NCBI GenBank assembly: GCA_977017575.1
Contig: CDRNVI010000076.1
Span: forward strand, 1-64,000
DNA length: 64,000 nt
From: Paramoeba atlantica
Lineage: Eukaryota; Protista; Discosea
Direction: 5' to 3'
Shown here: positions 36,699-49,914 of the stretch, in pieces
Layout of the letters: the number at the start of each line of letters is the position of its first letter
Position numbering within the stretch: the first letter of the stretch is position 1
Notes under the pieces: generated by a model
What the model was told of the DNA's origin: nothing
Seen by the model: the letters and a program-made list of their open reading frames with translations, nothing else
Database searches by the model: none
Position numbers and translations under genes: made by a program

Positions 36699-37792
36699 TC
36701 AACCAGCCCCGAAAATGGATGGCGCTCAAGCCCGCCGCCGACAGTTCCCCGGAACTGTAACTGTGGGAGGGCACAAGAAACACAGTTCCGTGTAGGGGTG
36801 CGTGGAGGCAAAGCTGCGAAGCCTTTGGCGTGAGCCTGGGTGGAGCTGCCTCTAGTGCAGATCTTGGTTGTAGTAGCGAATATTCAACTGCGGAAATTCC
36901 GCGATATATCGTTGAAGGCTGAAGTGGGGAAGGGTTTCGTGTCAACGGCGATCGGACACGAGTCACTCGGTACTAAAGCCAACGTTGGACCGCACTTGTG
37001 GAACGGGGTGATGGCCGCCCGGGCGCCGCGTTCGCTCACCTCGTGTGGGCGGGCGTCGATGCCTGGGAACTCTACGGCTCCACCCAGTTGGCTGAAAGTA
37101 AAGCGGGCTTAACATTCCCGCAGCTGACCATGGGAATTTGAGGCGGTAACGCTTTTGAGACGATGCTGGTGACAGTGTGGGACGGGCCCGGAAGAGTTCT
37201 CTTTTCTTTTGAATGGACTTCCCCCTCCGTTGAGTTCGCGTCGTGCGGTGACGCGGAAGGGGATCCAGCAAAGCCATGCATTTGTGCGTGGTAGGGAAAC
37301 CGTCTCACGCTTCAGAAAAAGCCAGCGGGGTCCTATTTCCTGATGGCAGGCCGTACCCATATCCGCATCCGGTCCCCAAGCTTAGAAAGCTCTAGCCAAT
37401 AGAACAAGGTAGTCTAAGGGAAGTCGGCAAATTAGATGCGTATGCTCGCGAGAAGCATTGGCTCTGAAGGCAAAGCTGTTGGGAGCCGGCAAGTCCCTGG
37501 GCTCAAGGTCCTGGCTGACGTGCCCGCGTCGCGTGCTCCGCCCGCCTTGCGTGGGTGGGGCGTGTGTGCTGCGGTGTCACGCTTGACGGGGCCTCCAGGG
37601 ACTACGCCGACCCTTCGGGGACGGTGCAGCCGGGCAAACTCTCACAGCGCTGAATTGCTGTTTCAGAACTGCTTACCAAGGGGAATCCAACTGTATAATT
37701 AAAACACAGGCTTGCGACGCAGCCAAGTGCTGTATGACGCAAGCTGATTTCTGCCCAGTGCTCTGAATGTCAATGTGACGAGATTCACCTAC

Positions 37793-37849
<57 letters not shown>

Positions 37850-38594
37850 TTCTAATTAGAGACGCGCATGAATGGATTAATGAGATTCCCACTGTCCCTA
37901 GCTACCATCTAGCGAACCAACTGCGTCAAGGGAACGGTCTTGAATGATTAAGCGGGGAAAGAAGACCCTGTTGAGTTTGACTCCAGTCTCAGTTTGCCGG
38001 GCGACATAGGAGGTGTAGTCATAGGTGGGAGGTGCTCGAAAGGGTGCCGGTTCTGAAAAACCACTTCTTTTATCGTTGCTCGGCAAATCCAATGATAAGG
38101 CAAAGGGAGTTATGTCTTAAGGGGCTTCACGGCTCCCAGGGCATTCGTGCACCGTCCGAGTCCTACGGGAAATTCAACGGTGCCAACTCACCTGTTGTAG
38201 CTCTAAACCCAGGTGCGGATGTACCAGGGTGAGCCTATGTTTGGAGACAAGACTGAGATGGGGAGTTTGGCTGGGGCGGCATATCTGCTAAACGACAACG
38301 CAGGTGTCCTAAGGCGAGCTCAGTGAGGACAGAAACCTCACGTGGCGCACAAGGGCAAAAGCTCGCTTGATCTTAGACTTTCAGTACGAGTCTAGAATGT
38401 GAAAGCATGGCCAGCGATCCTTTGAGCACGTACATTCAGGTATAATGCCAGAGGTGTCATAAAAATTACCACAGGGATAACTGGCTTGTGGCAGCCAAGC
38501 GTTCCTAGCGACGTTGCCGTTTGATCCTTCGATGTCGGCTCTTCCTAGCCTTGCGCCGCAGTTGACGCAAAGGGTCGGATTGTTCACCCGGATG

Positions 38595-38638
<44 letters not shown>

Positions 38639-38926
38639 TTACCCTACTTAATCAAACATTTCGGCAGGTTTGCCGAGGGAAATACGAAGTAGTACGAGAG
38701 GAACTTTCGTTTCGCCTCCCTAGCAACAGCGGCCCTTTGAAAAGAGGCGCCGCAAGACCACCAGGCGATGATTAACAGCTGAACGCCTCTTAAGCTGGAA
38801 ATCAATCCCGAAGCAAACTTGGGCCTTCTAGGCCACTTGGGCGCAAAACGCGAGCGCGAAAACCATAATTACTCAAGTAATACGCGCGGTAGTAACCCTA
38901 CCCCTATGAAAGAGCGGAGCGTCCAA
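35254..38926 (+). rRNA. 28S rRNA: 28S rRNA, unit 4 (3' end approximate)
   Basis: Same motifs as unit 1 at offset +33081. Confidence 0.97.
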
Positions 38927-41332
38927 TCACACCCGGAACAGACGATTCCTTATGCACGACCTGGTGTAAGTGTTGGAGGAACCTCGGTTCCGACTCACTG
39001 AGCCCGTGTACGTGCCCATAGGTGCAATTTTGCAATTCAATCTACCTAACAAGGAGTAGGTAACAAGGCCTAACTTAGGCAACAACAAGGCAATAGTCTT
39101 GACACACACACTCAGATCCCTGCATGGGATCTCACAAACGTGCATTCCATATAAACAACCACAGGGGTGGTCAATAAAAAAGGACCCCACATTCTCGTCA
39201 CCAACATCCACGGTGAGTCCTGCACAACCCTCTCTCTTCAAGCTTACACAGCTTCCTCACTATATAAATGAAACAGATGTAGAGCACATAGCAGGTGTGC
39301 TATGTGTGATCATGTGTTGATACACTCTCACTCCACGGTCAAGTCTCAACAACCTCATGGTTGGGTCAGACACCCACTCACACGACAACAAAGTCCTTAT
39401 GCACGACCTGGTGTAAGTGTTGGAGGAACCTCGGTTCCGACTCACTGAGCCCGTGTACGTGCCCATAGGTGCAATTTTGCAATTCAATCTACCTAACAAG
39501 GAGTAAACAAAGATAACACAAAGGTGTTATGCCTTGATCACAGAGACAAAACCGTCTCGATCACAAAGACTCCGCATTACAGTGTGGGGTTCTCAGGAAC
39601 GTGCTTCTCATGTGCACAAGAATGTATGTGTTCCACATGCACGAGAGGTACATAAAGCGCTTCATGGTAGTCTCATGGTTGGGTCAGACACCCACTCACA
39701 CGACAACAAAGTCTTTATGCACGACCTGGTGTAAGTGTTGGAGGAACCTCGGTTCCGACTCACTGAGCCCGTGTACGTGCCCATAGGTGCAATTCAATCT
39801 ACGTAACAAGGAGTAAACAAAGATATGGGAGTAAACAAAGGCCATGCCTTGATCACAAAGACGCTCCGCATTACGGCGTGGGGATCTCAGGAACGTGCTT
39901 CTCATGTGCACAAGAACATGTGTGAATCAACACACTACCTTCTTACTTAACCTCTTTTACACACAGCTTGGGTCTTACGGCATACACAAGAGTAGGTGCA
40001 TACGACGCATAAAACAAAAAAATCAGAATGATCTAGTTGAAAGAACCTCCGTTCCGACTCACTGTACTACCACTTTGTTCCACAGATCGCTCTGTTTTTA
40101 ACCGGATGGGAGTGGCTTAGTATGATTGAAATGGATTGAATGCGTAACGACGCCTCCAATCCCTCCACGGAGGCACGGCATCCACACCGCAGTGAGGATG
40201 ATGCGTGCGCAAGAGTTAGTACTGTCTGAGAATAAAAAAATCAACAAGGTACAGAAACTGTATCTCTATCGTTACCGTGTACATGCCTCTAAGTGCAATT
40301 TCGCAAATCAACGAAAACAAATGATCCTTCACAGGGCAGACATACTCATGACTCTGCTTTCAAGGCACTGCAGTCATGAGCTGCAGTCATTTTGGGGGCG
40401 AGGTTGTCCAGTGATTGACTGCTCGTTACACTCGCTTAGCGATGAATTCCGATCCTTCATCCCTTCGTCAAAGTCATCCCACTTCCGATTTACGTCATCT
40501 ATCTTCCCGGAATACGGGAAATTCGTTTTTGAGTGGGAATGTTCTATGAGAGAGAAAGCACTGAGTATGGAGAGGAAAGCTAGTGAACAAGAGAGCCAAA
40601 CTACAAATTTTATAAGTAGTGCACGTGAATTTGTTCCGTACATCGATAAGTAGCGTACCTGGATAAGTAGCGTGCTTGGGGGCACAGATGGGCGTTGTAG
40701 TAGTTTGGATGAGTACTCATCGAAACGACCTCTGCACATGGTACTTTGGATGAGTACTTTTCACTATATTACCAACGTCTGACTCTGTAAGGCTAAACTG
40801 TGAACGTAGCCCTGGGACACGTGTGCTTCTCTCTAGATTCGTGGGAAGCAATTTGCGAAGCCCAACTACTTGATAACAAATTTTAGTACCCATTTTGGCC
40901 GCGCGGGGGCCCCCGCGTGAGCGGGGGTGCGCGCGGCCGCGAAACGGCGAGGGACCGCGTGAGCGGGCCTGAGCCGCACCCCGCGTAGGATTCCCCTGTG
41001 CGTCGTTAGTGGGAAGCAATTTGCGAAGCTCACCGAATTTCGTAGTTTTCTCTACGCAGGCGTTGTCAACGTATGTAGTGAAGTGTAGGATACTGAACGC
41101 ACGGAAAACGAAAATCAAAAAAAAATCTTGGGTGTTCCACAAAAGTCCTTGACTTATGCAAAAGTCCTTGACTTCCACCGGCGCTGAGAACCTATGTCTG
41201 CCACTTCCGCAGGATTGTGTATTTTTGTACTATATTGCATCACCTATAACCTGGCAACAATTTACGTGATTGCTGACTACGGAAGAAAGTACTCATGAGA
41301 TGCGCCACGGAAGAAAGTACTCATCCAAAGTA

Positions 41333-41701
41333 CCATGTGCAGAGGTCGTTTCAATGAGTACTCATCCAAACTACCGTGTGAAGAGGTCGTTTCGATGAGT
41401 ACTCATCCAAACTACCATGTGAGGAGGTCGTTTCGATGAGTACTCATCCAAACTACCATGTGAAGAGGTCGTTTCAATGAGTACTCATCCAAACTACCAT
41501 GTGAAGAGGTCGTTTCAATGAGTACTCATCCAAACTACCATGTGAAGAGGTCGTTTCAATGAGTACGCATCCAAACTACCATGTGAAGAGGTCGTTTCAA
41601 TGAGTACTCATCCAAACTACCATGTGAAGAGGTCGTTTCAATGAGTACTCATCCAAACTACCATGTGAAGAGGTCATTTCGATGAGTACTCATCCAAACT
41701 A
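41333..41701. repeat. 41-bp IGS satellite, 9 copies (unit 4)
   Basis: 369 bp = 9 x 41. Confidence 0.97.
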
Positions 41702-41880
41702 CCATTACAACGCGATTTATGGTAGTTTGGATGAGTACTTCCATTTTCGTCGGAGGCCGGTGATAGTAGTTTGGATGAGTACTCATCGAAACTACCACAA
41801 CCCCCTAGGAGGTAATGGTAGTTTGGATGAGTACTCATCGGAACTACCACAATCCCCACAGATGCATCGAGCTCCCTCTG

Positions 41881-42256
41881 AAAAAGTGACAGCTGGCCAC
41901 CCTATGAAAAAGTGGCCACCTGGCCCCGCTTTGAAAAAGTGGCCACCTGGCCACCCTATGAAAAAGTGGCCACCTGGCCACCCTATAAAAAAGTGGCCAC
42001 CTGGCCACCCTATGAAAAAGTGGCCAGCTAGCCACCCTATAAAAAAGTGGCCACCTGGCCACCCTATGCGTAACCTGGCCACCCCATAAAAAAGGGGCCA
42101 CCTGGCCACCCTATCGAAAAGTAGCCACCTGGCCACCCTATGAAAAAGTGGCCACCTGGCCACCCTATGAAAAAGTGGCCACCTGGCCGCCCTATGAAAA
42201 AGTGGCCACCTGGCCGCCCTATGAAGAAGTGGCCACCTGGCCACCCTATGAAAAAG
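41881..42256. repeat. Distal 27-bp array, 14 copies (unit 4)
   Basis: 376 bp = unit 2 array + 2 x 27. Confidence 0.95.
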
Positions 42257-43279
42257 TGTGGTGTCCGGGTGATAGCCAGGCACGATCCAAAATTTACTGC
42301 TTTTAGCCGCGTGCTCCAGGCTATGAAATCATAGCTTTTGCCGCACTGCACACTTTTTAGGCTGTGCGCACTACGGACGGCACATCGGCCAAGCATCCAA
42401 TGATCATTTGTTAGTGTGTATGGGTATTTACCCTAGTTTCCTAGTGTTTCGTTGTGTTAACACTGGGTAACTCCATACGCGGGAAAGAATCTGTCCTACT
42501 TTTTTAGCACCTTGATTTATTGGTGACGGGCAGACTCTTTCCGCGGCATTCCTCACACCCTAGTTCTTTGGCGCCTTGTTTTGTTGCCGCCGGGTGCTGG
42601 AATTGCTATTTTTGGAGATGAAAAAGGTCCAAAAAGTTGTTCACCCACTCACTGTAATCCTGTAAGAAACCCCTTTTGTCCTACAAGTGGGGTCGTAGCG
42701 CAAGCTTCTCTCGCGAGAGACTTCCCTATGTCGGTCCTCGTACTCTTTTGAAGCGGGGCTGAGACAACTTTCACACCGTTGGCGGTGCAGGTGGTGAAAG
42801 AGAAAAAATTAGAGATCAGCAATGAGGGGATTCACGCGGCGACGTAGGCATTGAACAAGGGTTTTCTTTCTCAAAAGTTTCTACAGAAAGTGTGTGTTTC
42901 CACTCACGCACCTCACTGGAGACACCCCATTAACTGGGTAGCGCGAGACTTGCTAACCAACGCTTAAGTGAATCTCGTGTTGCGTCAGGCTCTGCTTTGC
43001 TTGTATTCGCTAAAACTACACTGCTCCGGATTGTTAGAATTGAAGATTTTTATGCTTTGGTCTCTGCTGGAGATGGGGTAGGATTATCTCTCCCACCTGA
43101 CACATCCAAAAGGATATCTAGACAACATCATCCCGTTCGGTTAATAAGAAAGGGGTGCTTAACGAAAAAGTGGTGCTTAGCAAAGAAGGGGTGGGTTGCC
43201 TGGAAAAGTAACGTACCTTCTTGGTTTCCCGAAACGATTTATTCCGTGAGATCCCGATGATTAGTCCTTCCCGAGATGG

Positions 43280-43472
43280 AAAAAGTGGCCACCTGGCCAC
43301 CCCCCAAAAAAAGTGGCCACCTGGCCACCCCCCAAAAAAAGTGGCCACCTGGCCACCCCCCAAAAAAAGTGGCCACCTGGCCACCCCCCCAAAAAAAGTG
43401 GCCACCTGGCCACCCCCCCAAAAAAAGTGGCCACCTGGCCACCCCCCCAAAAAAAGTGGCCACCTGGCCACC
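43280..43472. repeat. Proximal 28/29-bp array, 7 copies
   Basis: Same as 10424-10616. Confidence 0.96.
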
Positions 43473-43733
43473 AAAAACACGGTTTGCATTTTGTATATAT
43501 AAGATGAAAAAAATTTTGGATGGTTCGACCCGTAATTGAAAGTGAGGCGAAAGTGCCCACAAGTCGCAACGCAGCTCACTCGTATGATTGAATACATCTT
43601 GTGGCTTCCTAGTAAGCCGATGTATGCACGATGAGGAACAGAAATACAGTCCCATTGAGATGGGTACTACATTGAACCTTGCAGTTTACTGTGAGGGAAC
43701 AGATTGAGAGAGGAATCACCCTCCCTTTCAAGA

Positions 43734-45757
43734 AACCTGGTTGATTCTGCCAGTAGTCATATGCTTGTTTCAAGGATTAAGCCATGCAAGCCTAAGAGTA
43801 ACTGAGACAATAGGAGGTCTGCGAACGGCTCATTATATCAGAAATGATCTACCGGGAGAATTGCAGTGAAAACTGCTTGAATGGATAACTTCGCGAAAGG
43901 CGAAGCTAATACATGTACGTCACGTGACACATTCCATTCAACCACTGCGGGGAAACCCAAGGTGGGGAATGTGGCTCGCGAATGGTTGGTACAAAGACCG
44001 ACGCCAGTAATGGCAGTGTCGTAAATTGATGAATCAAACCATTCAGCAAAAGCGCACCTTTGGTGTGCGAGTCCCGACGAATTTCTGCCCTATCAGCTTT
44101 TGACGGTAGTGTAGTGGACTACCGTGGCGATAACGGGTACGGGGAATTAGGGTTCGATTCCGGAGAGGGAGCCTGAGAAACAGCTACCACTTCTACGGAG
44201 GGCAGCAGGCGCGTAAATTGCCCAATGCCAAATTGGTGAGGCAGCGAAGAGAAATAGCGTCCCCGCCTCTTTGAGTGTGGGGTTCGCAATGGGTGGTACG
44301 TAAACCCACCAACGAGTAACAATTGGAGGACAAGTCTGGTGCCAGCACCCGCGGTAATTCCAGCTCCAATAGCGTATATTAACGTTGTTGCTGTTAAAGG
44401 GTTCGTAGTTGAATTCAGAGTGGTGAAAGTTTGCTGCCTCGGCAGCTCTTCCTCACCACTCTGTCCTAGACGGGGCCGGAGTCTGCGGAAGCGTCCCTTC
44501 AGTGGTGACGTGGAAGCGGTTGGCCGAAGAGGCTAACATCCCACATGCAACGCATGTCGAGACCGCCCGTCGTTATCACTGTGAAGAAAACAGCGTGTTC
44601 AAAGCAGCCGCCTGCGGCTGGATGATAAAGCATGGAATGACAAAGCATCGACCACTGGGTCAGTCTTTTGTCGGTTTTTACGACCCAACATGGGTAATCG
44701 GTTGGCGAAGTGTTAATTTCCGTCACCTTGTGTGATGGAAAGCTTCGTCGAACACGGGATCAATGGGGGTTGTCGGGGGAAAACGTATCTGAGCGTGAGA
44801 GGTGAAATTCTTAGACCGCTCGGGGACGAACTTATGCGAAGGCATTTTCCAAGTATACCTTCATCAATCAAGAACTAAAGTGTGGAGATCGAAGATGATT
44901 AGATACCATTGTAGTCCACGACTGCAAACGATGACGCCCATGGATCGGATAGCATTTTGCTCTGATGGGATCTTTTCGGCACTGCTCCCCCTTCAACGCG
45001 AAAGCTGAGGCTATGGTCTCATGGGGGAGTACGTTCGCAAGGCTGAAACTTAAAGAAATTGACGGAATGGCACCACCAGGCGTGGAGTGTGCGGTTTAAT
45101 TTGACTCAACACGGGGAACCTTACCAGGACAGGACAACGGTAGGATTGACAGATTGAGAGTTCTTTCTTAATTCGTTTGACGGTGGTGCATGGCCGCTTT
45201 TGGTCGGTGAAGTGATTTGTTTGGTTGATTCCTTTAACGGACGAGACCCAATCCGCTTACTAGGGGCACCATCTACCGAAAGGTAAACGGAAGCGAGGGG
45301 ATTCGTCCCACTCGTCTTCCCAGATAGTGCATCCCCTTCTTCGCGGCATTCCGTGCGCCTTAGCACGGTGGCATTTTGGGCAACAGCAGGTCCGTGATGC
45401 TCCTAAATGTCCTGGGCGACACGCGCACTACAATGACAAAGTGAATGAGTGAAGCCTTTTTGGTCCTTCTTCGAAAGAAGTGGGGAAACTGAGAAAACTC
45501 TGTCGTGCTTGGGATCGAAGCTTGCAATTATTCTTCTTGAACGAGGAATGCCTAGTAGACGTGCTTCATCAAAGCGCATTGACTACGTCCCTGCCATTTG
45601 TACACACCGCCCGTCGTTGTTACCGATGCCAGTTGGATAAAGGTTAACGGACTTGCGATCCCTTCGAGGATTGTGGGAAAGTTAACCCATATTTAACTAG
45701 TAGAGGAAGCAAAAGTCGTAACAAGGTAGCTGTAGGTGAACCTGCAGCTGGATCATT
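43734..45757 (+). rRNA. 18S rRNA: 18S rRNA, unit 5
   Basis: AACCTGGTTGATTCTGCC ... GGATCATT. Confidence 0.98.
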
Positions 45758-46011
45758 TCGAAAGTTTTCGAACCTTGAACAACAGGCACACCGTACGGTG
45801 CGTCCTAACACAGCCCTCCCGAGTGCTCGTTTGCGCTCGGGGAAGGGAAACCGTCTGTTCCAAACCCCGTTCGCGGGGTTTGGGGGGACTCTTTTTTTGT
45901 TCCTCCTCGTCGACGGCGCAAGCCGTAGACGGCTCAAGGGGGTTTACTCGGCCCGGTGCTACGCGTGGGGGGGAAACCCCCCACGCGCCCGGATGAAACC
46001 GAGTCATGTAT

Positions 46012-46168
46012 AACTTATGACGGTGGATGTCTTGGCTTCCCAATCGATGAAGGACGCGGCAATATGCGATAATTCGTACGCATTGCAGAATCAAGCGTAG
46101 TACTAAACCTTTGAACGCAACATGTGTGCTGGGTCTCGCACTCAAGCACGTCCACAGTTCAGTGCCGA
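46012..46168 (+). rRNA. 5.8S rRNA: 5.8S rRNA, unit 5
   Basis: Same as unit 1 at offset +44069. Confidence 0.93.
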
Positions 46169-46241
46169 TAACCTTGCTGGGGAACGACACGTGCCCTGAA
46201 ATCGAATTCCGTTGGTGTCTCACACCAAAGAAACCATTTTC

Positions 46242-47652
46242 AAGGCCTGAGCTGTGGTCGACCACCCGCTGAACTTAAGCATATCATTAAGCGGAGGAAA
46301 AGAAAACAACTGTGATTCCCCTAGTAGCGGCGAGCGAAGAGGGATTAGCCCAATCCGAATCGGATCACATCCGAATTGTGGGGTAAGAGGTCTCAGGAAA
46401 GCCTGGACACTCGGACAAGTCTTCCTGGAACGGAGCGCCATAGAGGGTGAGAGCCCCTTGATCCGAGTCCTCCTCAGGCGGGATTAACTTGAGACTTGCG
46501 GAGTAGTACTGCTTGGGAATGCAGTGCGAAGGGCAGGTATACCTCTGCCAAGGCTAAATATCTTGGGAAGACCGATAGCATACAAGTAGCGTGAGCGAAA
46601 GATGAAAAGCACTTTGGAGAGAGAGTGAAATAGCACCTGAAGCCGTCATAAGATAAGGGATGTACCACTATCCAAGACGTGTGTAGGGCACCTCGGGGGC
46701 AACCCCGGGGTGTCTTCCGCACACGTCATGTCTGTCGCTGTTCCCACGCCGAGCAAGGGGGTTGGTGTGATTTCGCACCTTCGTCACTTTTGTACTCGAG
46801 CGTGTGGTTGGGACAGTCTTACCCTTCGGGAGGGATGAAACGGTGGAGATCTCGGCTGCGGCTCCGTCCTGGGTTTGGAGCGTCTCCCGCCCTCGGGTGG
46901 GGGCCTCCGGCTCGGATGGGGTTCGCGGCAGGAGCTCCCGTGTTCGCTCTCCACAGACAGACTTTGAGATGGCCATAGGCCACGATGGGGTTCATCCGCC
47001 CGTCTTGAAACACGGACCAAGGAGTCTAACAAGTATGCGAGTCATATACTGGAAAGGTATAAGGCGTACTGAAAGGGAAGCGCGTATGTCCGCGTGAGGT
47101 GTCAACCCGTTGTGCGGGGTTATGCCCCGCACCCGGGTGCAACACCGGCCGAGACTTGGCCATGGGCCGGGTTTTTGAGCCTGAGCATACATGTTGGGAC
47201 CCGAAAGGTGGTGATCTATGCCTGAACAGGACGAAGCCGAGGGAAACCTGGGTGGAGGTCCGTAGCGATGTTGACGTGCAAATCACTCGTTGGATTTGGG
47301 TATAGGGGCGAAAGACTCATCGAACCACCTAGTAGCTGGTTCACCCCGAAGTTTCCCTCAGGATAGCTGGTGACAGTAAAGCAGTCGTGTGCGGTAAAGC
47401 AAATGATTAGAGGCATTGGCTTCAATTTGATGTCGACCTATTCTCAAACTTTAAACGTGCACAGCATTTGGCTTGCTTTCATGAAGCCAAAGGTAATGGA
47501 TGATGTCACCAAGTGGGCCTCTTTCGGTAAGCGGAACAGGCGATGCGGAATGCTCCGCAAGGGAACTTAAGGCGCCTAAGTGCGGGCTCATAGATACCAT
47601 GAAGGGTGTTCGTTGATCTAGACAGCAGGACGGTGGCCATGGAAGTCGGAAT

Positions 47653-47686
<34 letters not shown>

Positions 47687-48780
47687 TCAACCAGCCCCGA
47701 AAATGGATGGCGCTCAAGCCCGCCGCCGACAGTTCCCCGGAACTGTAACTGTGGGAGGGCACAAGAAACACAGTTCCGTGTAGGGGTGCGTGGAGGCAAA
47801 GCTGCGAAGCCTTTGGCGTGAGCCTGGGTGGAGCTGCCTCTAGTGCAGATCTTGGTTGTAGTAGCGAATATTCAACTGCGGAAATTCCGCGATATATCGT
47901 TGAAGGCTGAAGTGGGGAAGGGTTTCGTGTCAACGGCGATCGGACACGAGTCACTCGGTACTAAAGCCAACGTTGGACCGCACTTGTGGAACGGGGTGAT
48001 GGCCGCCCGGGCGCCGCGTTCGCTCACCTCGTGTGGGCGGGCGTCGATGCCTGGGAACTCTACGGCTCCACCCAGTTGGCTGAAAGTAAAGCGGGCTTAA
48101 CATTCCCGCAGCTGACCATGGGAATTTGAGGCGGTAACGCTTTTGAGACGATGCTGGTGACAGTGTGGGACGGGCCCGGAAGAGTTCTCTTTTCTTTTGA
48201 ATGGACTTCCCCCTCCGTTGAGTTCGCGTCGTGCGGTGACGCGGAAGGGGATCCAGCAAAGCCATGCATTTGTGCGTGGTAGGGAAACCGTCTCACGCTT
48301 CAGAAAAAGCCAGCGGGGTCCTATTTCCTGATGGCAGGCCGTACCCATATCCGCATCCGGTCCCCAAGCTTAGAAAGCTCTAGCCAATAGAACAAGGTAG
48401 TCTAAGGGAAGTCGGCAAATTAGATGCGTATGCTCGCGAGAAGCATTGGCTCTGAAGGCAAAGCTGTTGGGAGCCGGCAAGTCCCTGGGCTCAAGGTCCT
48501 GGCTGACGTGCCCGCGTCGCGTGCTCCGCCCGCCTTGCGTGGGTGGGGCGTGTGTGCTGCGGTGTCACGCTTGACGGGGCCTCCAGGGACTACGCCGACC
48601 CTTCGGGGACGGTGCAGCCGGGCAAACTCTCACAGCGCTGAATTGCTGTTTCAGAACTGCTTACCAAGGGGAATCCAACTGTATAATTAAAACACAGGCT
48701 TGCGACGCAGCCAAGTGCTGTATGACGCAAGCTGATTTCTGCCCAGTGCTCTGAATGTCAATGTGACGAGATTCACCTAC

Positions 48781-48837
<57 letters not shown>

Positions 48838-49582
48838 TTCTAATTAGAGACGCGCATGAATGGATTAATGAGATTCCCACTGTCCCTAGCTACCATCTAG
48901 CGAACCAACTGCGTCAAGGGAACGGTCTTGAATGATTAAGCGGGGAAAGAAGACCCTGTTGAGTTTGACTCCAGTCTCAGTTTGCCGGGCGACATAGGAG
49001 GTGTAGTCATAGGTGGGAGGTGCTCGAAAGGGTGCCGGTTCTGAAAAACCACTTCTTTTATCGTTGCTCGGCAAATCCAATGATAAGGCAAAGGGAGTTA
49101 TGTCTTAAGGGGCTTCACGGCTCCCAGGGCATTCGTGCACCGTCCGAGTCCTACGGGAAATTCAACGGTGCCAACTCACCTGTTGTAGCTCTAAACCCAG
49201 GTGCGGATGTACCAGGGTGAGCCTATGTTTGGAGACAAGACTGAGATGGGGAGTTTGGCTGGGGCGGCATATCTGCTAAACGACAACGCAGGTGTCCTAA
49301 GGCGAGCTCAGTGAGGACAGAAACCTCACGTGGCGCACAAGGGCAAAAGCTCGCTTGATCTTAGACTTTCAGTACGAGTCTAGAATGTGAAAGCATGGCC
49401 AGCGATCCTTTGAGCACGTACATTCAGGTATAATGCCAGAGGTGTCATAAAAATTACCACAGGGATAACTGGCTTGTGGCAGCCAAGCGTTCCTAGCGAC
49501 GTTGCCGTTTGATCCTTCGATGTCGGCTCTTCCTAGCCTTGCGCCGCAGTTGACGCAAAGGGTCGGATTGTTCACCCGGATG

Positions 49583-49626
<44 letters not shown>

Positions 49627-49914
49627 TTACCCTACTTAATCAAACATTTCGGCAGGTTTGCCGAGGGAAATACGAAGTAGTACGAGAGGAACTTTCGTTT
49701 CGCCTCCCTAGCAACAGCGGCCCTTTGAAAAGAGGCGCCGCAAGACCACCAGGCGATGATTAACAGCTGAACGCCTCTTAAGCTGGAAATCAATCCCGAA
49801 GCAAACTTGGGCCTTCTAGGCCACTTGGGCGCAAAACGCGAGCGCGAAAACCATAATTACTCAAGTAATACGCGCGGTAGTAACCCTACCCCTATGAAAG
49901 AGCGGAGCGTCCAA
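46242..49914 (+). rRNA. 28S rRNA: 28S rRNA, unit 5 (3' end approximate)
   Basis: Same motifs as unit 1 at offset +44069. Confidence 0.97.
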